From Blastocladiella emersonii ATCC 22665 (Eukaryota; Fungi; Blastocladiomycota): a stretch of DNA of 64,000 bases. The DNA lies in assembly GCA_025594325.1 (NCBI GenBank), contig JANHCV010000007.1, forward strand, positions 1,953,171 through 2,017,170, in the 5' to 3' direction. The notes under the pieces are model-generated. The model had not been told where the DNA came from. It saw only the letters and a list, made by a program, of their open reading frames with translations, and did not search any database. Position numbers and translations under genes: made by a program. Below are positions 35,773 to 46,820 of this stretch, piece after piece. Each line of letters opens with the position of its first letter. Positions within the stretch are counted from its first letter, which is position 1.

Positions 35773-37919
35773 ATGGAACTCGATGCACCCGTGAGGCGCG
35801 ACCGTGCGGACCCCGAGGTTGGGCGGGTCAAGGCGCTATATGATTTTGTGTGCGAGCTCGACCAGGGCGGGACCGGCACGGTCCACGAGACCAGATTCAA
35901 GGCGACGGGCAATCTCGTCGCGTTCAAGGTGATCAAGCGCAATCCCCCGCGTAACGCGTCGCAAATACGGTGGCAAACGCGGAACGAGCTCGCGGTCCTG
36001 GCGGCCGTCCGCCAGCACCAAGGCGGCGGCCATGGACACGTACGCCTATTGGCGCTTCTCACTGGGCCCCTGCCCCCGACTCGACTAACGCCTGTGGCCT
36101 TCCTCTCCCGCTACCGCTACCGCTACCGCTACCGCGCCCCACGTTCACGTCTACGTCCCTGTTTTCGACGCGCTCGTTCGCGCTCTGTAGCCAAACGTCG
36201 TCCAGGTGTGCGACGCGATCGTGACGCGGAGCAACGTCTACATTTTTCTCGAGCTGTACGTTTCCTGTGTCACGCCGCGTGTGCACCTCCGCTCCGCTGA
36301 CATTGTCCCGCGCAGTGCTCGTGGCCGGGATCTCTACCGTCGCGTCCAGAGGCCACGACTGGGCCCTTACTCGGAGTCTAGTTCCCGCCTGATCGCGTAC
36401 CAGCTGCTCCGCGCCCTCGAGTTCTTGCACGGAATGGGCATCGTGCACCGCGACATCAAGCCCGACAACATCCCCATTGAGGGCGATGCCGCTTCCGACG
36501 AGCCGTACGTCCGACTTGCCGACTTTGGGGTCGCTCACCACGGGGCGATCGGCGACCGGATGACGCTGGTGTGGTACGTTCCCCCCGCTCGTCAAGCGAT
36601 GCACGCGGCAAAGAAAGACCCTCGCTGACGCATGACGTGACCACACCACCCGCCCCTCCCTCCCTCCATCCCTTCCAGTGGCACCCTCGGCTACATGGCG
36701 CCGGAGGTCCTCCCTGCAAGCTTGACCACGAGCGCGGCCACGGAGCTTGAATACGGCGCGGCGGTCGACAGCTGGTCGCTTGGCGTCACCCTCTACTACC
36801 TCTTTCGAGGTGCTTACCCGTTCGAGTGCGGGAATGACCCGGTCGAGTGCGGGAAAGACCGCAAGGAGGACAAGTTTGCGCTTCGGGTTCTCACGACTGG
36901 TACTTGTGCTTTCGATTGCCTGCGCGAGACCGAGGCGGCTTGGTGGTCGACACGCCACCATCAGTTGCTCGAGCTCAAGTCGATGGTGTCGGGACTGCTG
37001 TGCGGCGACGCGAGTCAGCGGTACGTTGTTGCGCCTGACCACGGGCTACCGCGATGCGTTCGTCCGTTCGTCCGTTCGTCCGTTCGTCCGTTCGTTCGTT
37101 CTGACCATTGTCTCGTCGTTCATCGTCCCCGTCGTCTCCCTTTTTCGCGATACCTTTTGCTGCCTCGCGCATGCACGTAGGCTTACGATGACCGGCGCAC
37201 TCCAGCACCCGTGGATCGACTCGCATATCACCTCGCTGCGAGACACGTACGATGCCCTTACGCCTCACCGGAATACCTCTCATGTCGCACCACAGCAACT
37301 CGGCCGAGTCGCCGATGCCATCGCGGCGCTCCCCGCCGACGCTGACGCCGGCGATGCCGGCCAGGAGCTCTCTCATCTATCTCATGCGCTGCCGCCGCAT
37401 GGCCACCCGCTGCTCGTGCTGCCTGCGGGCGCGGCGCCCGCGGACGGCTTCATGGCCACGGCAGCGGTTGGAGGTGCGCCCGCCCTTGCGCCCGCCCTTG
37501 CACCGCTCGCGGACGCGACCACGGGCACGCCAGTGGAGGACGCTTCCACGTGGGCCGTGGTCTACGACTCGCAGTCGGGCAGCGCTATTGGGGTGGCTCC
37601 ACCGCCGCCTCCGCCCGTGGCGATTCCTGTCGAGGAAACGGCCATGACCACGACCACGACCGCGGACATTCCAATGGAGGAGGATGGTTCCACGTGGGCC
37701 GTGGTCGTCGATCCGCGCACGGGCCTTGATATCGCGGTGGCCCCAACTGCGGCGGCTCATGTCGAAGATGCGCCGTCGGCCAATTCGACCCCACGCCGGC
37801 ACGACCGTCGTGCTCCCGGACTCTCAGTCGAGCCAGCTTGGCTTGACGGCGGCACCTGCTTCTGGCCCCGTGATTCAGCGGTACTGGATGAAGTCGCGGG
37901 CGCCGATTCGCAAAAGTAG
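35773..37919 (+). CDS. Ser/Thr protein kinase, CAMK group; exons 35773-36039, 36191-36255, 36316-36573, 36679-37020, 37181-37919
   Basis: VAFKVI, RNELAVL, HPNVVQV, HRDIKPDN, LADFGVA, CGTLGYMAPE, VDSWSLGV, RLTMTGALQHPWI after removing four GTACG...AG introns. The Gly loop lacks its first Gly (ELDQGGTGTV). No FHA domain. Confidence 0.88.
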
Positions 37920-40832
37920 CCGGGCAACGTCGATACGCGCTTCCCGTGACGCGGCCGCGCAGTCGCCCCGACTTGTGGCGGCACAGCGGCCTCATGGAGG
38001 AGCGTCGCTTGCACCGCACCTAGGTCAGCAGCACCAAGTCCAGCACCAGCACCTTTCGCAGCACGCGCAGCAACCGTCTCCGCCCGACTTTTGGCTGGGC
38101 TCGATCCTCTCTGCCTCGCCGCCGCTCAGCAACGCAATGGGCTCGAGCTCGGCCAATCCGGGCGCGAAGTACGTCCAGGACCAGTCTGGCGGCGCCGGCG
38201 TGGCCTCGAACGTCTTCGCCGCCAGCCAAGCGTCCGTGGCAACGGGATTGGCGTGGGACCTGTCGCCGATTCAGCACGGCCCCGTCAGCAACAACGAGTT
38301 CTCGCTTGTGTTCGCGGGATCGACCTCGGCGGCTGCATCCACGCAGTTTGCCATGTCCGACCGTGACGCGCGCGCCGAGTAAAGAGCCCGCCCAAAACAA
38401 TGGGAAATACACTTGACCTTGCGTAACTTGCGGTGGGCAGTGAAGTGAGTGTACTGAGCGTTTCCTTCCTTCACGGCCCTTGTCCTGGAGACGCTGGCGG
38501 GCGATCAAATCCATTCGGGCATGAAGCTCAACCATGTTGTATTGCTGCAACGGTAAATACGGCTCGCGGTGGGCCTCACCACCTCACCCCTCAGTTGATG
38601 GACACCACACGAGCGCGAGATCTTTCAAGAATGCTGTTGCGATGATGGAACGCGGGGAGCTCGCACTGCATACCACGCCGTCCTCGACGCGACCCGTGTC
38701 CGCCAATCGCGCGAGGCCGCGGGACCACGACGCGAGGCCGAGGAACAAAAGTGCAAACAAACAAACTCGGGCGCAAGGTTTTGGCGAATCCGCGCGCAAA
38801 GCCGCCGCCGGGCGAGAGCCGGAGGTCGCACGACGAGCTGCAGTCGTTGGAGCAGCAGCTCTCCGGATGCCGGGAGACCGACCGACACGGCTTATTTACT
38901 TACCAGACACGCAGTGCCAGCACGAAGATAAACCCGATGCCGGGGCACACAAGCGACAAGCTTGACCGTCGCGACGTGGGAAGCCACACAGCGGTCGGCG
39001 ATTTGGCGATGGATTCGACCAGCACGTTGGGCAAGGAAGCAGCGAGAGGGGGACCACAGCCAATTCGTGAAGCAGCTTGTCGTGCGTGCGCGGCGACAAG
39101 TCCGGGTGATCGCGCGCGCGGTGCGAGGCCCAATCGACTTGGACTGGGAGGAAAGTAAGTGAGCTGGAGGCAGATAGACAGCGACTCAACGCACGGCGCG
39201 TCGTGGAGGACGAGGCGGAGCAGCTTCCGCGGTGCACGCGGGGTGGTCGCAGGCGCCTCGAGGTACGGCCGGGTCGTCGGCAACGGCCCGATCCGCGAGG
39301 GCAAAGTCGATGGCAGCAAGGCGAGCGAGGAGAACGCCAGCCGCAGTCCTCCTGGTTGAGGCGAACAAGCGGTTTGCTGTGCTGCCGGGCGGATGCCGTC
39401 CGAGTGCGAGTGCGAGCGCGACGCGTCGCTGTCGCTGTCGCTGCAGAGAAGACGAGAGGTGGCGACGTGTCCGACGCCGGCTCAAGAAAACAAGTGGCGC
39501 GCCCGCGGCGAGAATCGCATCTAGACCGTCGAGACCGTCGAGACCGTCGAGACCGTGTGGCAGGCAGGGCGCGGATGCAGCGCAGGTGCGACAAAGTTGA
39601 CGCAGTGGCATGATGTTTCATGGGGTGGTGCGGCGGCATCATGATACATTGGGTCATACATTGGCGCTTTGCGGGGGAGCGGGGATCGCGTGCGGCGGAC
39701 GAGCGCCTCTTGTACCGCCGCCGCCGCCACCTCGCTGCCGTCGCTCGCCAGGCACAACAGCACCGCGGCCCGGGGAGGCTTGGGACTGACGGCCGTTGAC
39801 ATAAAATAGAAGTTGAAAGGCTGGTCGCTGGGCGAGCGCCTCGAGACCGCGCAGGCGGCGAGCCCTGACGCACTTGGTCACGCACCGCGCCGCTCGCCGC
39901 GGTGATGCTCGGCGACCATGAGACCGTCGCCGTCTCGCGCGCGCGCGCGGGAGCCGCCGTTCGGGAGCGTGAGCAGCAGCGGTTGCGGCCAAGGTGCGGC
40001 TCGACCAGGGCGACGCGGCCGCGGGAGATCGACGTGGCCTTGGCGAGTACACGGCGCTGCGACGTGAGACACGAGAACTTGGCCTCAGGGCGTCGGTCGC
40101 CATGACGAACTCGCAGGCCGAGTGGTGGCCGCCGCGGGCGAACCGGGCGAGCAGGGTGTCGCGCACCGCGGCGCCGCGGATGCCCCTTGACCCGGACCAG
40201 CTGCTCTGGCCGTTGACGAGCGAGCTTTCGACGCCGCGGTCGCGCATGGCGCGTATGGCGCGCGAGATCGTGAGCGAATTGAATGATCGAGCCAAGGAAG
40301 GCGCGAGGGTCGCGGGGAGACAGTTTTGTCTCCGGCGCCCGGGCTCACGTGGTGGCGCGACGCCGGGAGACACGAGCCGGTCGCTCGCACGGCGATCGCC
40401 CCCTCGGAGTCCCGGATCCGTCCCGCAGGAGTGCTCCCGCCAAGCGCGCGCCCGCGCAAAACAAGCTGCCAGCCAGCCCCTGATCCGCCTGCCCTGCCAC
40501 CGAGCCTGGAAGCTGCCGCGCCGCGCCACGCCGCGACCCGCCGCCGCTGCCGCCGCCCTTCCCCTCCTCCGCCTCTCCCTCCCGAGCGAGCTGCACCAAG
40601 CTACTGCCGCCACTAGCGGCACCACCGAGCCACTGCCTGTACACGGCGCACCACCACCACCACCAGCAGCAGCAGCCGCCGCCGCTCCAGCGCGACGACA
40701 AGGGTATGCGTGCGGCGCTGCCCCAGCGATTCCACGTGTGCTGACGCTTCTCGTCTCCCTCCTCCCTCCTCCCGCGTCTAGTCGCCCTCCGTTTCTCGAC
40801 CCCACAACTGCTGCCTGCCAACTACCTGCGCC

Positions 40833-43694
40833 ATGGCGTACGTCCCGTGCATCGTGATCCTGCTGGCGGTCCTCCGAGCTCGGAAGACGCCCGACGACGA
40901 CCACGCCTTTGAGGACCAGCTGATCGCCTGCCTCGACAAGCTCGGTTCGGAGCTCGCCGACGAGAAGGTGCCGACGGTGATCGCGCTGCTCGACTCGCAC
41001 GCGATCCTCATCATCGCCGACTTCTACGCCGCGGGCCTCCACCTCCCCGTGCTCGCCACGGCCCGCGACGCGGCTGCCGCCGAGCGCGCCATCTCGACGT
41101 GGTACGGTGGCGCGCTCAAGCACATCAAGGACCTGCCCGACCAGAACAGCCTCCGCCAGACGCTGCTCGTGTGGGTCCGCGAGATGGCCGAGGTGCACTT
41201 CAGCATCTCGGCTGACGCTGCGCGCGGCGCGGGTACCAGTGCCGGCGGCGCCGACGCTCCCGGCGCGACGACAAGCTCATCGCCGACCTCGCCGACGCCC
41301 ACATCTACGATCCGCGCCGTCGTCGTCGACATCTGGCACCGGCTCGCCAAGCTGGCCTCGTCCGCGCCCCATCTCTCCGAGACGCAGCGGGAACAGGCCG
41401 CGCTCAAGTGCCTCGCCGACGCCGGGCCCTACCTGAACAACGACGCGGCCATCTGCGCCATGCACGACCGCGCCGTTCTTCGGCACTCGACCTTCTACCG
41501 CGAGCCCTCGGAGACGCTTGCGCTCATCGCCGGCTTCGACCTCTCCACCGCCTTCCCTCAACCCAGCATTGCCCTCGAGCTGGTCCTCGACGGCAAGCCC
41601 GACTGGCGCGATCCCAATTTCCAGCTCGCCCGTCTCTACCTCTTCGTCAAGACGTGGATGGGCGCTGCTGACGTGTTTCGCGACCGTGCCGACGAGGGCG
41701 CCGCCGCCGTCACGCGGGACCGCGCCGCCGCCCACTTAAACGCGGCCTGCGTGCTCGCTCCGACGTGGGAGAAGGCCCACCACTTCACGGCCGAGTTCTA
41801 CTACTCCTGGGCCGCCATCAACGCCGAGGGCAACACCGAGAAGCTCATGCAGACCATCAGCCCGAACGCGCCCGACTTTTTCGACCGCCTCGCGCGCCTC
41901 GAGCGATACTTTGCCTTCTGCGGTCGGTCGCTCCTCCTCGGCTCCCGGTACGCCGACCAGTCGGTCCCGGTCCTGCTCCAGCGGTGGATGGACCTGGCCG
42001 ACCCCGACCCCAACCACAACCCCACGCCCGTGATCGTGCCGTCCCTCGACCCGTCCCTCGATGGCGACGGCGTCACCGAACAGCGGCTCGAGGCCTTCCA
42101 CCGCGTCCATCCGCACGTGCGCGCCGCCGTCACGCGTGCCCCGGCGGACACCTTTGAGCCGTGCATCGAGCTGCTCGTGTCGCGCCTGACCCACGGCCAG
42201 AGCGTGGTCTTCAACCTCATCAAGCCCACGCTCGTACGCTCCTTCAAGGCGTACCCCGAGGGCCAGTCGTTCTGGAAGTTTGTCGCCTCGCTCTTCTCGC
42301 TCGACGACTTCCGGCGCATCCGCGCTGAGGAAGTGCTGCACGCCGTGTGGGCCGCCGACGACTCCGAGGACAAGCAGCTCACGCTGCTGACCAAGACCAT
42401 CATGGCCATCTCCAAGCAGCTCACCACCATCGCCGCCAAGGAGCACTCCAAGGATCGCGCGGGTTCCTTCCTGCTCAGCGTCACCCACCGCCGCTTCACC
42501 AAGGTCATCCCGATCGACGCCGCGGCCATGGCCAACGGGGCTGTGCTGCTGAACCGCTGCAACGTGGTCGTCCCGACGGCCGAGCTGATCACGCCCACCC
42601 TGCCGGGCGGCCCGCACTCGTCGCAGTCGCAGGCCCGCAGCCCGTACGCGACGCCCGACTTCCTGCGTGCGGCCGATGACGAGTACGAGGTCATCTCGAC
42701 CATGTCGAGGCCCCGCAAAATTGCATTTCGCGGCGGCAGCGGCACCACGTACACGTTTCTGATCAAGGGCGTCGACGACCCGCGCAAGGACGCGCTCGTC
42801 ATGCGTGTCGCGCAGGCCATCAACCGCATCCTGTCGCGCAGCGCGGTCGCACGCGGCACTCACCTGCGCATGCACGACTACGCCGTGATCCCGCTCAGCG
42901 ACGTCACCGGCATGTTCGAGTGGATCGCGACGCCGACCGTCGCGCTCCGCGAGGCGATCGTCAGCCAGTACGTGTCTGCGCTCCGCGCCAGTCTTCCCGC
43001 CAACCCTCATCCGTCGGGCAGCGCGGAGCAACTCGCCGAGTTCGAGAGACGGGTCCGCGCGCACGCGCCGGCGCGTTTCGGCGAGTGGTTCGACAAGGAG
43101 TTCTCGTGCCCCGCGGCTGCGCGCCAGGCGTTTCTCCAGTCGACGGCCGTCAGCAGCATGGTCGGCTACCTCCTCGGCATCGGCGACCGCCACCTCGGCA
43201 ACATCCTCGTCAGCAGGCTCACGGGCGAGGCGATGCACATCGACTTCGGCATTATGTTCAAGGAGGGCAAGCGGTTCAGCACGTGGCCCGAGCAGATGCC
43301 GGTTCGCTTGACGCAGAACCTTGTGCAGGCGCTCGGCGGCGTGGAAGAGGGGTCCGTGTTTCGGCGCGTGTTCGAGTCGGTGCTCGAGGTGTGCCACAAG
43401 AACGCCGAGTTGATTCTCGCGGCCGTCGATCCCATCCGCCACGACCCCATCGCCAACTGGCGGCCCAGCGTCGAGGAGGTGGGCGACGACGGCAAAACCA
43501 AGAAGCGCGTGCGCGTCATCTCCAGCAAGTCGACGAGGGTGGCGGTCAAGCGGGGCTGCCGCGAGTACCACAAGATCGAGTTGCGTTTGGCCAAGTGCCA
43601 CGCGCCGGAAGCGCAGGTGGACAAGCTGATTCGGAAGTCGACGGACCCGGAGCGGCTGGCGCGCGGTATCCGCGGACTCGAGGCATGGTATTGA
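40833..43694 (+). CDS. Truncated ATR/Mec1-like PIKK (partial FAT + kinase + degenerate FATC)
   Basis: WEKAHHFTAEFY, YADQSVPVLLQRWMD, VSRLTH, IKGVDDPRKD, GYLLGIGDRHLGNILV, MHIDFG, PEQMPVRLTQNL, HDPIANW, QVDKLIRKSTDPERL. A possible upstream intron at about 40704-40781 means the true start may lie further 5'. Confidence 0.85.
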   Translation: MAYVPCIVILLAVLRARKTPDDDHAFEDQLIACLDKLGSELADEKVPTVIALLDSHAILIIADFYAAGLHLPVLATARDAAAAERAISTWYGGALKHIKDLPDQNSLRQTLLVWVREMAEVHFSISADAARGAGTSAGGADAPGATTSSSPTSPTPTSTIRAVVVDIWHRLAKLASSAPHLSETQREQAALKCLADAGPYLNNDAAICAMHDRAVLRHSTFYREPSETLALIAGFDLSTAFPQPSIALELVLDGKPDWRDPNFQLARLYLFVKTWMGAADVFRDRADEGAAAVTRDRAAAHLNAACVLAPTWEKAHHFTAEFYYSWAAINAEGNTEKLMQTISPNAPDFFDRLARLERYFAFCGRSLLLGSRYADQSVPVLLQRWMDLADPDPNHNPTPVIVPSLDPSLDGDGVTEQRLEAFHRVHPHVRAAVTRAPADTFEPCIELLVSRLTHGQSVVFNLIKPTLVRSFKAYPEGQSFWKFVASLFSLDDFRRIRAEEVLHAVWAADDSEDKQLTLLTKTIMAISKQLTTIAAKEHSKDRAGSFLLSVTHRRFTKVIPIDAAAMANGAVLLNRCNVVVPTAELITPTLPGGPHSSQSQARSPYATPDFLRAADDEYEVISTMSRPRKIAFRGGSGTTYTFLIKGVDDPRKDALVMRVAQAINRILSRSAVARGTHLRMHDYAVIPLSDVTGMFEWIATPTVALREAIVSQYVSALRASLPANPHPSGSAEQLAEFERRVRAHAPARFGEWFDKEFSCPAAARQAFLQSTAVSSMVGYLLGIGDRHLGNILVSRLTGEAMHIDFGIMFKEGKRFSTWPEQMPVRLTQNLVQALGGVEEGSVFRRVFESVLEVCHKNAELILAAVDPIRHDPIANWRPSVEEVGDDGKTKKRVRVISSKSTRVAVKRGCREYHKIELRLAKCHAPEAQVDKLIRKSTDPERLARGIRGLEAWY

Positions 43695-44466
43695 GTCGCG
43701 CGAGGGGATGCGGGGATGCGGGGATGCGGGGATGAAGAGAACGGACAGGGACGGACGGCAATACACCATTGATCTGCCAATCCATCAACTCTCGTTGGGT
43801 CCACTCGGTCCGCGCTCAGAAGCAAGAGGAGCAGCAGGCAGTGCCCGTGAGGCAGTGCCCGTGAGGCAGACGCCATGTGCAACGGCCGGCGAAGCAGCGG
43901 CCGCGAGCGGAGCTGGTAGAGAGAGAGGGTCGAGAGGGCCGAGTCGCAGGCAACGGATGCCGCCGCGCGGTGCTAGATAGATCTCAGCAGCGGGCGGCTC
44001 GTCGCGCACCAAGTCAAGTGCGGACGGACGCCGCACGGCGGGGAAGCTCACGCTCGGATGACGGTCGCAGGGCGCCGCCGACGCCGGCGCGCGCCGGCCG
44101 GGCTCGGCAGACGACGGGTGTGTTCTGAGATGGCGACTCCATCATCGATTATCGCATGCTCAAGTGTTCCATGGTTGCTCTACTCCATATTAATGCGTGT
44201 TGAGGCGAAGGGCGAAGAGAGAGAGAGCGAGAAGGCCTCCGAGGCGACCGGCGGGCCGTTGAGCCGCAGCGAGCGCCCAGGCGAGCGCCTCGCCCCGGTC
44301 GTTCACCAAGCATTGACCCCGACTCCTCGTCGACGCAGCACGGAGGACCCAACTCCATGCAACGAGGCCTCCTGTGCCGCGCCTGCCGTTCCGCGCGTGC
44401 CGTTTCGTCCGTGGTCCTCAACTCGCACAGCCCGTCGTGAGCGCGCTCCAGCGGCGGCACCACTCT

Positions 44467-44550
44467 CGAGCCCACTCGCGAGCCCACTCGCGAGCCCACT
44501 CGCGAGCCCACTCGCGAGCCCACTCGCGAGCCCACTCGCGAGCCCACTCG
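44467..44550. repeat. Minisatellite (CGAGCCCACTCG)x7
   Basis: Seven perfect 12-bp units counted directly. Confidence 0.95.
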
Positions 44551-45375
44551 CTTACCCTGACCTTGGCCGCTTGAGCGAGTGAGAGGCCTCAATTTGTCCG
44601 CGGTGAGTGAATCGCACACGCACGGGACCCTCGCGGTCGCTCGACTGGTTTTGCGATCAGCGGCACGCCACGCCGATCGCGCCCTCGGCCTCCTCCCTCC
44701 GCGCGCTCGCCGGCTGCCCCCTCCGCTCCCGCCTCCTCCCGCTTGCCCTGCGACTATACGCACGAAAACAACCGGACTCGGTTGCCTCGCTGTTGCAATG
44801 GATCAAGACAAGTTCAATTCCCTTCGGGCCCGCCTCGAAACGCAGGTGAAGAAGAAGACGGCCATCGCGCACGCCGTGGCGAGCGCAGCCAGCGCGCCGT
44901 TGGAGGAGAACACCTTGGTGCGGCCGCCGCAAGATGCGACTCGTGCACGCGCTACGGCGCCGCAGCCCGCTCACGGCAGTGCTGGCGACGGCCAGGGCGC
45001 ACAGCAGCAGCCGACGCCCCAGTGAGCTGGCCTGCCTGCATCGGGCAGCATCGCGAAGGGTGAGTGGTACGCGACTGCTGCAACCAGCTGCAACTCGAAC
45101 GAAGCCACCCTACTGACCGCACAGGCTTGATCGCGCCCGTCATCATCATCATCATCATCATCATCCCTCAGCTCGCAAGCGCCGTTGCTCATCCCGCACC
45201 CGGCCGATCCCCTCGCGCGCGCTGGCTGTCGTGGCCGCACGGCATGTGTTGCTCGATGAAATGCACCATCTTGTTTCCTCGAACCGTGGCCGCTCGCTCG
45301 CTCGCTCGTTGGCTGAAGGGTCCGTCCGCTCGCACGTGAGCGCCGAGAGCGCAAGGATCGGCGCCAGGCCAACGT

Positions 45376-45396
45376 GACGCGTTGCGCCACCACGTG
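45376..45396 (+). promoter_or_regulatory. GACGCGTTGCGCC plus CACGTG upstream of the BRCT gene
   Basis: Identical 13-mer to 35653-35665, about 140 bp before ATG 45525. Function is inferred. Confidence 0.35.
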
Positions 45397-45524
45397 GGGA
45401 GCGCGTCCAACCCGAAACTCTTTGCGGCGAAGTCGGCGAAGACCGCTCTCCCCCCTCAGTCAATGTGTGGAAGTGGAATAGCTGGGGAGCCCACTCGATG
45501 CATCTTGCACCTCGCGCTGCGAAC

Positions 45525-46820
45525 ATGAAGCCTAATGCAAAACCGACGACGGCTCAGGCCGCGACCGCCGCCGCGGCGCCCGGCCGCGCCCGCCCCTACT
45601 CCGACGCATTCGCCTCTCTGGTTCCGGACGCGGACCAGGAACAATACCATGGTCACGGCGACGCCGTCGATCCCACGGCATCCAAGCGGCGCAGGCGTAA
45701 GCGCCGTGCCGGCGCTCGCAGCCCAGAGCCCGCGCCCGCCGCGCCTGCCGCTGCGGCGCACGTACTCGCAGCACCAGCTGTCGCACCTGGTCCCGCGCCA
45801 GAGCCTGATGCCATGGACTTGGACCCGCAGCCTGCCGTCTGCGATGCGCCGCCCAGGTCGGTCGCGACGCGGTTCCGAGTCGCGCTTGTGGGCTTCCCGC
45901 CGGAATCCGCCGCGCGCTACGCACGAGATACGTATTCTTCTGGATCGTCGTCTCCTGCTCCCTCGGCGTGGGCCGAAATCGACGCTTCGCGCGCCTTCTA
46001 TTTTTTTTTCCGCCCTCTTGCCTTTCCAGCAGCACCTGAAGCTAACGTGCCCTCCGCCGCGCCTTGCCCCACAGATGGAGCACATTGGCGGCGTTCTCGT
46101 GCATTTGGATGACGAATGGAATCACGCTTACATTACCCACGTCATTGCCGCACTGCCGATTCCATCCGCCGCGTGCCTCTGCGCCGTGGCCGCCCAAGTT
46201 TGGCTCCTGACGCCCCAGTACCTCGACACATCGACCGCCGCGGGCTACTTTGTCGGCGAGTCGCCTTTTGCCTGGTCCGCACTTTCTCGTAAGGAGCTCG
46301 CCGCCGTCGCCACCGAACACGCCTTCAAAGCTGCCCTGTCGCACGCGCCAGTCTCGGCCACATTCAAGATTCAGAACCTGTCCATGGACACGGCTGCAGG
46401 TGCGTCAGCGCATTTCCTGGGTGGCCGTTTTCGACTCTTGGATGAGCTGACATGGCTCGAGCTGTTACTGTAGCCATGTCCGACATTGTGGGTCGGATCA
46501 CCGCCGCTTCCAAACACTGGGGCGTGTCCATCAACGGCGCTGGTGCGGGTCCAAGCGCTCGCAAGGGACCCTACGAGGGCCTGCGGCTTGTGGTGCTCAC
46601 CGACTCGGCCACTGCAGACGTCGAATACCGCCGCCAGCTCACCGCCGGGGGTGCAACCGTTGCCAACGAGTGGGCGCAGGGCGCCATCGACATGATCCTG
46701 CGGCACAACCGCGCGCTCCCCGACGAGCTCGGCGGGATCAGATCGGCGCGGAACCGCACTTGCGTTGCGTCGGCCTTCGCAACTTCCGCCCTTTTCGCCA
46801 GCAGCGGGTGGCCTGCGTAA
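45525..46820 (+). CDS. Tandem-BRCT protein resembling TopBP1 BRCT7-8; intron 46400-46473, first splice junction unresolved
   Basis: RFRVALVGF...HIGGVLV..ITHVIAAL..CAVAAQVWLLTPQYLDTSTAAGYFVGESPF, then AASKHW...GPYEGLRLVVL..EYRRQLTAGGATV. Intron GTGCGT...CTGAC...TAG restores frame. The putative intron 45932-46074 is one phase off, so a frameshift or other exon is possible. The 3' end may extend to about 47026. Confidence 0.65.

Noticed and set aside
35773-37919. Calling the kinase Chk2/Rad53
   Set aside because: No FHA domain or SQ/TQ cluster is visible; only a CAMK-group assignment is supported.
44467-44550. CRISPR-like array
   Set aside because: Contiguous 12-bp units with no spacers, in eukaryotic context with no cas genes.
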